From Narcine bancroftii (Eukaryota), in NCBI RefSeq assembly GCF_036971445.1, contig NC_091477.1:108190001-108254000 (forward strand): DNA of 64,000 nucleotides, given 5' to 3'. A program made the translations under genes and the position numbers. Positions 52,845-64,000 of this stretch are shown in pieces. Under the pieces are notes generated by a model. That model was not told the DNA's origin. It saw nothing but the letters and a program-made list of their open reading frames with translations, and ran no database searches. Position 1 is the stretch's first letter, and each line of letters starts with the position of its first letter.

Positions 52845-54395
52845 AAGAGAAGCAAAAGGGGTAATATTGGAAAATGTAGGGATTAGGAAAGAGGGGGTGT
52901 TGGAATGTTTGAGGCATGATAAGTCTCCAGGTCCCTATGGGATTTTCCCCAGCACCTTGAGGGAAGTCATGGATAAGATAGCGGAAGCTCTGACAGGGAT
53001 TTTTCAAAAGTCACTAGAGGGGGGAATGGTGCTGTAGGATTGTGGTTCCTCTGTTTAAAATGGGCTCCAGATGTAGGCCTAGCAATAATAGGCCGGTAAG
53101 TTTGACGTCAGTGGTTGGTAAACTAATGGGAAGTATTTTTAGAGATAATTTGTATAAGCATCTAGAGAGGCAGGGACTGATCAGGAACACTCAACATGGG
53201 TTTGTGCAGGGAAGGTCATGCGTGATAAATCTTGTTGAATTTTTTGAGGAGGTGACTTGGAAGGATGATGAGGGTAGACCAGTAGATGTTGTCTATATTG
53301 ATTTCATGGAAGGTTGGTAAGGAAGGTTCAGGTGCTAGGTATTAATGTTGAGATAGTCAAATGGGTTCAACAGTGGGTAGAAAGTAGATGCCAGAGAGTC
53401 ATGGTGGATAACTGTCTGTCAGGATGGAGGCTGGTGATGAGCGGTGTGCCTCAAGGATCGGTGTTGGGTCCCTTGTTATTTGTCATTTACATTAATGATT
53501 TGGATGATGGAGTGGTAAATTGGGTTAGTAAATATGCAGATGATACAAAAATAGGGGGAGTTATGGATAGTGAAGATGGTTTTCAGAGACTGCAGGAGCC
53601 TTTGGATGCTTAGAAGAGTGGGCTGAAAGATGGCAAATGGAGTTTAATGCAGACAAATGTGAAGTGCTTCATTTTGGGAAGAATATCAAAACAGGAGGTA
53701 TGCAGTAAAGGGAGGGGGCATTAAGGAACAGAGAGATCTTGGAATAACGGTTCATCATTCTTTGAAAGTGGAATCTCATATGGATAGAGTAGTAAAGAAG
53801 GCTTTTGGTATTCTGGCCTTTATAAACCAAAGCATAGAATATAGGAGTTGGGAAGTGAGATTGAGATTATTCAAGGCATTGGTGAGGCCAAATTTGGAAT
53901 ACAGTGTGCAGTTCTGGTCCCCAAATCATAGGAAGGATATCAATAAGGTAGCGAGGGTGCAGAGAAGATTTACTAAAATGTTGCCTGGATTGCAGTATCT
54001 AGAATACAAAGAAAGATTGAGTAGACTGGGTCTTTATTCATTGGAGCGTAGAAGGCTGAGGGGGGATTTGATAGAGAGATCTAAAATTATGAGGGGGATA
54101 GACAGAGTAGATATGAATAGGCTCTTCACACAAGGTCATGAGTTAAGGGGCAAAAGTTTAGAAGTATTATGAGAGGGAAATTCTTCACTCAGAGAGTGGT
54201 GGCTAAGTGGAATGACCTTCTGGTTGCAGCAAGGTCAATTTTGTTATTTAAGGAAAAGTTGGATAGGTACATGAATGTGAGAGGATTGGAAGGTTATGGG
54301 CAGAGTGCAGTTAAATGGGACTAGAGGAGATCACTTAAATCAGTACGGACTAGAGGGGTTGAGATGGCCTGTTTCCGTACTGTAATTGTTATATA
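52845..54395 (+). mobile_element. CR1 LINE, 5'-truncated, dead RT
   Basis: KSPGP.GI, RPVSLTSVVGKL, QHGF..GRSC, SGVPQGSVLGPLLF, YADDTK, LVRPNLEY, LERRRLRGDLI; contains stops and frameshifts; 3' tail gtttccgtactgtaattgttatat. Confidence 0.93.
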
Positions 54396-55881
54396 GTTAA
54401 GTGACATAAATATTTTTTATGTAGTCAGAAGAGAAGTGCAGAAGAAAAACCCACCAAAACTTGACTGCTTCACAGGGAAGGGGGCCCATTAATTTTGAGC
54501 AGATGCCTAAGGGTTCCTTAGCCAAATAAAGGTTGAGGATGGCTGACTTAGATGGTGATATAGGACAAGCAAATATCCAGTGAATCAGCTGTTAAGTCAT
54601 TTCAAACCAAAAGCAAAAAATTGACTTCAGAATGAAAAGAGTGAGGCACTTGAGCCTTTTTGGCACCAACCTGGCTGCAGATCTTGCTTGTAAACTTTCA
54701 TAAAATTATCAACTGAAATACAAAGCTACCATTGTTAAATCCATTTCGTTTCCTCCCATGGTAACGAAGGAAGTTGTTAATGATATTGTGATGCAGCATT
54801 TAGTGTCCAACAGTCTGCTTACAGGTGAACAGTTTGGGTTTCATCAGAATCACTCATCTCCAGACCTCATTTGAAACTAGTTCAAATATAGAGCTGCATT
54901 CCAGACAGTATTTGACTTTGGCATCAAGAAGCCAAAGTGAAATTGAAGTCATTGTGCAATCAAGGGGAAAATATTCCAGAGATGAGAGCCATTCAAAGTA
55001 AGAAGGTTTGGTTGTTGGAGGTCAATCATCCTAGACACAGCACATCCCTGAAGTAATGATTCAGGGAAATCTGGCAATTTCATTAAAGACCCTCCTTCCA
55101 TCAAAAAGTCAGAAATGATGTGAGGGGAATGATGTTGACCATTGATTGCATGATGCTCAGTTCCATTCACAATTCTACAGCAAATAAAGTTGCAGCAAGA
55201 TCAAGATAACATGCTGGCATGAACTGCAGGTAACAAGAATGGCAGGAAATCACTATCTTAAACAAGAATCAGTGACAATAGCATTGTCAAAAAGGCTCAC
55301 CAACAACATTGACCAAAATTTCAAATGAACCAGTCATTTGAATACTATAGGTACAAGACCACATCATAGGCTGGGTATCTTACAGTTAGCGACTCCACTC
55401 CTAAAGCCTCTCTACAACCTACAAGGCACAGAGTGGTGGAATACTTTTCACTTGCCAAGAATCAATAACACTGAAGAAATTTGACACTAATTGTTGCCCT
55501 GATGATGTTTCAGCTCAAAATGCTGACCATTCTTTTTCTCCCACTGATGCTGCATTATTCCCCAAGTTTGACTTTTGAAAACACTATTGATAACTGACAC
55601 CCCATCAATAGCCTAAGCATACATTTGTTCTATCACCATTTCATTGTGTACCACTCACTAAAGTAGACAAGTTGCTCTGCAAAGCTGCTCCAACAAGACC
55701 TCCAAAAACGTGCCTTTCATCAGCAAGAATGACAGGTTGGTGGAAGATGGATACACTCGGTGTTTTCTCAGGTCACACAATATCCTTACTCGGGAAATAT
55801 ATTGTCAATCTTTGATTATGACTGGATCTAAATCCCAGAACAACTGTTGCTGTCATTTTCCCATGATAATAATCCTGGCCT

Positions 55882-55933
55882 CCATAAATTACCCCCTCCA
55901 TAAATCTTCGTCCGCGAAGCCAAGCCAAAGAAG
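55882..55933 (+). mobile_element. 52-bp RTE 3'-end insertion
   Basis: Tail matches the end of the RTE at 61956-62325; 11-bp TSD AATCCTGGCCT at 55871 and 55934. Confidence 0.85.
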
Positions 55934-56002
55934 AATCCTGGCCTTGCCAAAGGCTCCTGTATCTTATGACGTTAATATATGTAATTAATTAATAAATATA
56001 AT

Positions 56003-56195
56003 AGTTTGGAATGAGCTGCCATCTGATGTGGTAAATGCAGGCCCACTCTTAAGTTTTAAGAATAAATTGGATAGATGGATGGGAGAGGTCTGAAGGGTTA
56101 TGGAATGGGTGCAGGTCAGTGGGACTGGCAGAATGATATTTTGGGACAGACTAGAAGGTCCGAATGGCCTGCTTTCTGCGCTGTAGTATTCTATG
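56003..56195 (+). mobile_element. CR1 3' end fragment
   Basis: tggaatgagctgcca...aatggcctgctttctgcgctgtag; another 3' end lies at ~30990-31145. Confidence 0.7.
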
Positions 56196-57589
56196 CATCT
56201 CCCAAACTCAAGTTTTCCAATTGAAGTTTCAACAAAATTAATGGACTGATGAGAGGCTGTTTCTGAGACACTCCCTATCTCTGATGCGATACAATACATT
56301 CAGCATTTTTTTTTTTATCAAGTGGATTTCTAACCTGGTACTTTTCTGGTTGAATTTCCAAGACCTTGAACTTGCAATGTTGTAAATGCATGCCAGTTAT
56401 TATGACCTGCTCAGCATTATGATAAGAGGTGTGGTGGGGGGAATGGGATACAAAACTTCAGTGAGGTGAGTCATGCCATGCAGTGAGAATTTGGAGATGT
56501 ACTGTAACGCATTTATGCCAAATTGTGTTTGGTATTTAAATGGAATTTCAATCAGAACAGGCAAGCCAAGTATTAAAATGGTTAAAAGTGGGATTTCATA
56601 GAAATGTGTCAACTCCACACATGATAATATTTAAAACAATTCAATCAGATTTATTTTAAAAAAAAAATGAAAATCACAAGTAGGTTATATTTTAAGTTAC
56701 TTTTATGAATCAATGACCTTGATAGTTTTAACGGATTGTAGCAGTTAATTTATGTGAAGAAGCCAGAATTTACTGGAGTTCTGTGGTATAGGAATAATCC
56801 TGATTTATATTCCAGAGGACTCAGTGCAACAAAGGAAGGAGGATTGATCACCATAAAATAAGTATTTCTGTCTAAACCATGTTGCCTAATAATTGAACAA
56901 ATTCTTTTAAATGGAATATTGGGATGATTGGTTAATCATTTAACGCAACACGACTAGCTTTGGGGTGTTCTTAATGGTCACTGCAGAATTCTTTGAAGTG
57001 CAAAATTTAAGGTGAAACATAGCCATAAAATTTTAGTACGATCCAGGAGTGGATTGACAAGTCCTTAGTATTTTGCTGAAAGTGGGATATATACCCACTA
57101 TTTCACTACAAGGCACACCCAGTCCTAGTTTACCAACAATTTAGAAAGTGTATCAGGTGCAAAGAATTTGAAGAGCCCAGTTGCTAGGACACTGCCAATA
57201 ATTGAAAATGTTGCTAACCTAGACCCACACTTGTCAATTTGAGCTGCCAGCATATACTTTCAGGATCATTGTTTATTTTCATGCTTCTCACTGAATTTCT
57301 GGAAATTTGAACTTTGAATTCTTACATAATGTCATTTATTATTTTATGAAACTATTTTATTTAATTAACTTTTCAAGCTTTTTAGTTTAGCGAGCCAAAT
57401 TATGGATATGGGCAAACAAAATATTCGAGGACAAAGGATTTACGATAACTGCTTAACACACAGTCTTGCCTGATACCTCACAGATTAAAAACAATTAATT
57501 AAATATTTAGAATCTTTTTCCCTCCAAAATGGTGGGTTCTTGCACAATCCTGGTCTTTTACTGAAGCATTGTTATTAATCCAGTCCTCA

Positions 57590-58235
57590 TGGAGGGTTCA
57601 GTGCTGGAGAGGGTCAAAAACATCAAATTCTTGGGTCTCAACATCTCTGACGATCTATCCTGGAGCCTCCATGTTGATGCAATCATAAAGCAGGCTTGCC
57701 AGTGGCTATACTTTGTGATTTGTCTGAGGAGGTTCGGTATGTCACCGAAGACTCTCTCGTAAACCTCTACAGGTGTATGTGGAGAGCATTCTGGCTGGTT
57801 ACATCAATGCCTGATAAAGAGGCATCAACTCTCAGGACAACAATAAGCTCCAGAGGGTTGTTTCTTAGCCTGAAACATCACTGGCATCAGACTTCACTCC
57901 ATCGAGGACATCTACATGAGGCGGTGTCTTAAAAAAAGCAACCTCTATCCTCAAAGACCCCCACCACCCAGGCCATGCCCTCTTCACTCTGCTATCATCG
58001 GTGTAGGAGCCTAAAGATGAGTGCTCAGCGGCACAAGGACAGGTTCTTCCCCGCTGCCATCACATTCCTGAATAATCAATGAACCAAGGACGCTGCCTTA
58101 CTTTTCATGCACTTTATTGTTATTATTTTATTTGATATAGTAATGTTGTAAGATGGTTATAATATGAACGTTTGCACCGTGACGCTGCCGCAAAACACCA
58201 AATTCCATGACTTGTTCCTGACAATAAATCCTAAT
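57590..58235 (+). mobile_element. Rex1/Babar-like 3' fragment
   Basis: KFLGLNISDDLSWS, NLYRC; tail gacaataaa. An antisense relative lies at 58968-59370. Confidence 0.7.
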
Positions 58236-58319
58236 TCTGAAGAACATTACTTGCAGCAGGCATTGAAAGCTGCTTTGAGATGTTCATGCAAGTTGACCAA
58301 TTATCTTTCATCGTTCCAG

Positions 58320-58477
58320 CAAGAAGTGGGTTAACAGATCTTCGATGGTGTGTTACTTCTGCTCCCGAGATGAAAAAGTGCAGCCATATGAAGGAAGCTT
58401 TTGAATCTGTTAAGATTCAACCCTTGATATCCTGTGTTACTGGAATCTCCGTGATGGATTGTGCAAAAAAGATAGCG
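58320..58477 (+). CDS. MELTF: MELTF exon 2, start of transferrin N-lobe (gene continues beyond window)
   Basis: gttccag|...|gtacga; RSGLTDLRWCVTSAPEMKKCSHMKEAFESVKIQPLISCVTGISVMDCAKKIA, the transferrin RWC..C..C..C pattern with melanotransferrin-like EAF...IQP; MELTF neighbours PIGZ in human. Confidence 0.88.
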
Positions 58478-59739
58478 GTACGATTGCCCTCCCATTCCCT
58501 AAAACTTTTATTCAAAATGATTGACCTCCTCTTTAGATATATTTTATTGAAGTAGTTTGCTTCTCTGTGTTTCAATTATATCTCTCAATTGTTTTCCTGA
58601 CTTGAAAGAAAATACCTCCAGTTTTTAACATTGCATTATTGACAGAAGCTGAGAAATGACTCTTATAATTGCCTTATTTTCTTCAGTAAAGGCCTATAAA
58701 GTTGGGATAACATGTATATTAGCATAATTTGGTGTTAATAACTTCAAGTTTTGTTTAGAGGCCTTTCAGCACCATTAATCTCAACATGCGACCTGACTCA
58801 GAGTGCTTAAATATTCTGTTTGTGTCTCGTGGTATGTTCAAATCAATTTGAAGACTGGGTTACTATTTTAGATTGCAAATAGCCAGAACTTAGTTTGTGC
58901 ATGCTCCAGGCATTTTTACAGGATGTAGATGTGTGTTTGGTCTTATTGTGGGACCATTGAGAGTTGAATCAAGTCAAGTCATCTTTATTTATTATTCATT
59001 CTGTGCTCGCATGGTAAAGATGAGATAGCATTTCTCCTGGACCATAGAGCGTATTTACATAAATACACTTTAAAATGTTAAGATATATACAGTAAAAGTC
59101 CATGGTACCCTATGCTCAAGGAATTCAGGAGTCTAATGGTTTTGGGGGGGGGGGGGGGAAACAGCGGAATCTGTTTCCAAATCTGGGCAAAGGGCTTGAG
59201 TGCTATGGTACCCCCTACTGGATGGCAGAAGGGAGAACAGTTGAACAGTTTACATGAGGGGTTTGTGGAGACCTTCACAATGTTTATTGCCTTTTTTCCT
59301 GTATCAAGTGTTGCAGATGTCCTTCATGGAAGGAACAGAGCCCCTACTGATCTTTTCCACTGACATTACTGCTCACAAGCAATTGGGATTGTTGCTACAC
59401 TAGTCTCCACTGCAGAGTTCGCACTACTAGAAAGACTATTCCTCCACATTTAACTCCGTTGCAAACTGAAGTGACGTGATGTTTTTGGCATCAACCCAGC
59501 AATTTGCATTGGTAGGCAGAGCAACGTCACATGGTTTGTTGCTTAAAACAAAGTTACCTCTTTAGCTGACAGATCTGAAATAGTTAAAGCAAACCAAAAT
59601 CCATCCAACAAGCACACTTGTTAACATTAGGAAGTAGTTTATGTTTTATCAATCAATCAATTAATTGAGAGACTTCTTTGAATTAAAGTTGATTAAAAAT
59701 AGTCCATGATTCTACAAGTCAAATATTAGCGCCACCGTG

Positions 59740-59945
59740 CAGGGCGGCACGCAAAGCATAGTGGTTAATGTAATCCTGTTACAGGGCCAGCAATTGGGAC
59801 CAGAATTTGAATCCTGTGCTGTCTGTAAGGAGTGTCTGAGTGGGTTTTCCTCAGGGGCTCTGGTTTCCTCTCACTCTTCAAAACGTACCAGGCGTTGTAG
59901 GTCAATTGGTTGTAATTGGGCAGCACTGGCTCGTGCTGTATATAT
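59740..59945 (+). mobile_element. tRNA-derived V-type SINE
   Basis: A-box-like tagtggttaatg, B-box-like tttgaatcc and ctctggtttcctc core; relatives at ~48260-48430 (+), 29100-29260 (-) and 21380-21520 (-). Confidence 0.55.
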
Positions 59946-61955
59946 AAATTTTAAAAATACAACAAGATCCTGTTCACAAGAACAGAAGCAGTATTGCCTG
60001 ACAGCTTCTCTTTTGTAAGCCTGACTTTGAAACTACAGTATTTAAAAAAAAAAAGGGAAAAATGATAAAGAAAATATTTGTCAAATAACATCTGAATTAA
60101 TAATTAATGTCTTATTGGTCTTTCCTTTCCCTAGTACCTGGTGGAAATAAACAACATGACTTATATTCTCCAGCTAACCACATTATGCACATTACTAACC
60201 ACAACCCAGAAAGGTTACCTCTATCTGCAAAAACACCCTGCAGTCAAAAACTGGCATGTTACTTAAGACCGCCATCAACTCAGCTGAACAACTCTATGTA
60301 GGAATCACATACAGGAAGGTAGTAATTTGTTCTAACTGTTCATTCATTCACAGGATTGCAGAGAAGGCCAACATTTAATTCCCATCCCTAGGTTATGTTG
60401 AGCTACTTGTTTTGAACTGATACTGTTTGTACATTGATGATACTCCTGCTGGGTAGAGTTACATGATCTCTAATTGGATGAATGTTGGAATGGTGATATA
60501 TTTCCAAATCGGGGTAACTGGTGACTTGGAATATAGCTTGGAGATAGTGATATTCCTATGTGTCTAATGGCTGTGTTAATCTAGATGGTGGATCACAATT
60601 TTAGGAAATGTTGTAGAAATATTTATGCCTGAACGTTGGAGGGTTTGGAGCTTCTATGATAAATAAAATATGGACAGTCTTGCTACATTATTTGTGAAGT
60701 CTGTGATTTTTTTTTTTTTTGTTCTGCTTTCCTTCATGTGTCTGGCGCATAGTGCTCTGCTGTTCCTGAACAGACACAGGGGGACCCAACAAAATGGAAT
60801 ATTTGTTGCAATCATTATGCTTGCAATTGTCATTGCTGAGGAGCCTTTGCAGTCTATAGGTCATTACTGAAGAAACAACCCTTTGTAACACCTATTAATC
60901 CTAATTCTGCACTATTCTGGAAAGCCCTATTGAAGCAGCTCCCTGGCTGACAGAAATGCAAGCTGTTTATTTCCTGGCTTTCCTGGCCAACCAACTCCTG
61001 TTCTCCATCACCCCTCCTCCGCATATTCCCTCAATCTTTATACTTGATGACCTTCCTAAATGCACTGATCATTCAGTCTCCCCCATCCACAGACCACTGA
61101 GCCAGCAAATGCCATGCTCCTCACCAGATCCAATTTTTCTCCCACCCAACCACTGACATCTTTTCACCCACTCCAACAAAATAGCCAATTTTCCCCTGAT
61201 TGGCACCGCAGAGTGCCCCTGTTTGTGAGCAGCTGACCACTTATCCTGTTTCCCAATCTTCTCCCCCTATCCGTGGCTTGTTTTCCAGAATGATCTGATT
61301 CTTTTTTTTTTGTTTGCATGCTCTGAACTAGTAATGTGCTACAGACTTAGAAATATTTGATGTCAATGGTTTTAATGCAGCAACTATTTTATGTCTGTTT
61401 GAAGCCATTGAAAAATACCTAGCCTGGTATTGTTGCACATTGTATTAAGACAATATTATCATTGCTTTAATTTTTATTTTGCTGTGATAATTTGATGTAT
61501 AATTCATTGGTTTTTGATTGTTATGGATACTTTATCATCGTAAAGATATGTATACTTCAAATAAGTACAGGAGAGATTGTAATGTACACAAAAAAGGAAA
61601 TGCTTGGTAATGATGCTTTATCTATATGGTTTGGTTTTAAAAATAATATTCATATAGTACCATCAAAATTCATTTGATTATGTCAATGGAACACAAGTCT
61701 TAACCTTAGTATTAGTCTGGTGTCCATCCAAATTAATTACTTTTGACATTTTCATTGAGATCTTTCTGGATCAATGAAATGACTAATAATAGTCAATGCT
61801 TAAGAAAAATTCACACAAAGGCTAAGCAGCACTTTTGGAGAGAAAGCATCTGTTTTAAAAAAAATAATAATAGTTAATTAATAATTGAAAAGCAAAAAAT
61901 AATTACAGATGCTGGAAATCTGAAATAAATGTAATCTCCATCGAACTATATTGCT

Positions 61956-62325
61956 GGCCACCGTGACAGAGGTGCACCAAAGAAAAGGTACAAGGACTGC
62001 CTAAAGAAATCTCTTGGTGCCTGCCACATTGACCACCGCCAGTGGGCTGATAACGCCTCAAACCGTGCATCTTGGCGCCTCACAGTTTGGCGGGCAGCAA
62101 CCTCCTTTGAAGAAGACCGCAGAGCCCACCTCACTGACAAAAGGCAAAGGAGGAAAAACCCAACACCCAACCCCAACCAACCAATTTTCCCCTGCAACCG
62201 CTGCAACCGTGTCTGCCTGTCCCGCATCGGACTTGTCAGCCACAAACGAGCCTGCAGCTGATGTGGACTTTCTACCCCCTCCATAAATCTTCGTCCGCGA
62301 AGCCAAGCCAAAGAAAGAAAAGAAG
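61956..62325 (+). mobile_element. RTE (BovB-like) 5'-truncated copy, apparently young
   Basis: Uninterrupted frame GHRDRGAPKKRYKDCLKKSL...WR...CNRCNRVCLSRIGLVSHKRACS*; GAA/GAAA tail; 8-bp TSD ATATTGCT at 61948 and 62326. Confidence 0.85.
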
Positions 62326-63115
62326 ATATTGCTATTGCAATTTATTGATTAATGTATAATTAATTGTTTAATCTGTGAGGCAAAATATTGCTTTACGAGA
62401 TTGGATGGCTGGATTAGTGATTTCAATGGACATCAGTTGTGTAATATGTTTGGTCCGAGCACTGATCATAGATTACTTGGATCAATCAGATTCTATTAAT
62501 CATTTGGGAAAAGTTCACACATGATTTGAGTAAATATAACCCATTGGCTATTTGAAAACAGGATGTGTTTGAAAGTGCCTTTAATTCATTGAATGAGGAA
62601 GTATTAATGGGTCATATCAATTATCGCTCATTACTTGAGAGTCAAAAGGAGGTTATCGTTTCATGTTCGAGTCAAAAGACTTTTACAGAAATGTAGACTA
62701 CAATTTTAGTATTTAAGCTAATTTATTACAGATCAGGTGCTAAACTGAAGTTTTATGGACCTAAAAATCACTCTGTACTGTGATGGATTATATTATATTT
62801 TATATTGTATATAAAATATGTTTGAAGGAGATAGATTGTGGGGGTAGTGTAGGTCACAAACAAACACTTCACAAAACCGATCTCATTTAAAATGCCAGAG
62901 CTCTGCTCAAGCCAGACTGTCCAGTGCCTTTGCAAAAACTTTGAAGAGTGCCCATAGAGACTTCACAAGGAGGTGTTAATTGGACATGCTGTGGAGTAAT
63001 GGATTATTGTTTTTGAAAACAACAGATGAGCACACTCAGAAGATTTCGATGCCGAAATCTGACTGAATGCAGTTTGCTGTTCTAAAAATGACATGTGGTT
63101 TTGCAAATAGAGACA

Positions 63116-63659
63116 AGGGGGGGAGGGAGAGAAGGGGGGGAGGGAGAGAAGGGGGGGAGGGAGGGAGAGAAGGGGGGGAGGGAGGGAGAGAAGGGGGGGA
63201 GGGAGGGAGAGAAGGGGGGGAGGGAGGGAGAGAAGGGGGGGAGGGAGGGAGAGAAGGGGGGGAGGGAGGGAGAGAAGGGGGGGAGGGAGGGAGAGAAGGG
63301 GGGGAGGGAGGGAGAGAAGGGGGGGAGGGAGGGAGAGAAGGGGGGGAGGGAGGGAGAGAAGGGGGGGAGGGAGGGAGAGAAGGGGGGGAGGGAGGGAGAG
63401 AAGGGGGGGAGGGAGGGAGAGAAGGGGGGGAGGGAGGGAGAGAAGGGGGGAGGGAGGGAGAGAAGGGGGGGAGGGAGGGAGAGAAGGGGGAGGGGGGGAG
63501 AGAAGGGGGGAGGGGGGGAGAGAAGGGGGGGAGGGGGGGAGAGAAGGGGGGGAGGGGGGGAGAGAAGGGGGGGAGGGGGGGAGAGAAGGGGGGGAGGGGG
63601 GGAGAGAAGGGGGGGAGGGAGGGAGAGAAGGGGGGGAGGGAGGGAGAGAAAACAGGTTT

Positions 63660-63693
<34 letters not shown>
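63116..63693. repeat. 21-bp polypurine minisatellite plus (GT)n(GA)n microsatellite in MELTF intron 2
   Basis: Unit GGGAGGGAGAGAAGGGGGGGA, ~25 copies. Confidence 0.95.
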
Positions 63694-63694
<1 letters not shown>

Positions 63695-64000
63695 ACTGGT
63701 TTGGTTTCTGCAGCATGGCAAGCTGGTGGCTTGTTTAAAACCCATGTGGTCCATCCAAGAGGAAATAGCTGGCTAGAATGTTTTTCCTGAAATAGGGGAA
63801 ATAAAAAGGAACTCTGTGGTGACCTGCAGAAGAAGATGTTATCATTTGGAAAACCCTGATGGGGCAAGTTTCTTCAGTAAGACACTAAAGTAACTGATGG
63901 AAGTAAATTAATTTGTGTCCGTCCAACGAGGAATGAATCTATCTCTGAAAACCGACAAGAACCTTCCTGGTGAAAATGCATAAATGATAAATTCTGTGCA

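Noticed and set aside
60670-60870. MELTF exon 3 or small membrane protein
   Set aside because: Lacks the expected ADA.TLDGG transferrin motif; the hydrophobicity comes partly from a poly-T run.
62963-63867. Pro/Ser- and Gly/Arg/Glu-rich ORFs
   Set aside because: Translations of a 21-bp polypurine minisatellite.

Overview
This window is eukaryotic, intron-rich vertebrate DNA. The repeat content (CR1, Rex/Babar, Penelope, RTE, tRNA/V-type SINEs) suggests a cartilaginous fish such as a ray or shark, which is an inference. It carries the gene block known from human 3q29: the last two coding exons of SENP5 (+), a complete 4-exon NCBP2/CBP20 (-, 162 aa), the microprotein gene NCBP2AS2 (+, 75 aa), two intact tandem paralogues of PIGZ (-, 572 and 582 aa), and exons 1-2 of MELTF (+). 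The most notable observations are: a U12-type NCBP2 intron with non-canonical GT...GG ends; a ~31-copy 55-bp CpG-rich array between NCBP2 and NCBP2AS2 whose unit reads as a complete start-to-stop mini-ORF; a second promoter VNTR (35 bp, CCAAT+GC box) at one PIGZ copy; the PIGZ duplication itself; MELTF apparently inverted relative to the human arrangement; and a 5S-rRNA-headed SINE-like chimera. There is no CRISPR array or prokaryotic system. The long low-complexity ORFs in the track are satellite artefacts, and there is one 441-N assembly gap. All family assignments come from motif recognition by eye, with no database search, and repeat boundaries are approximate.
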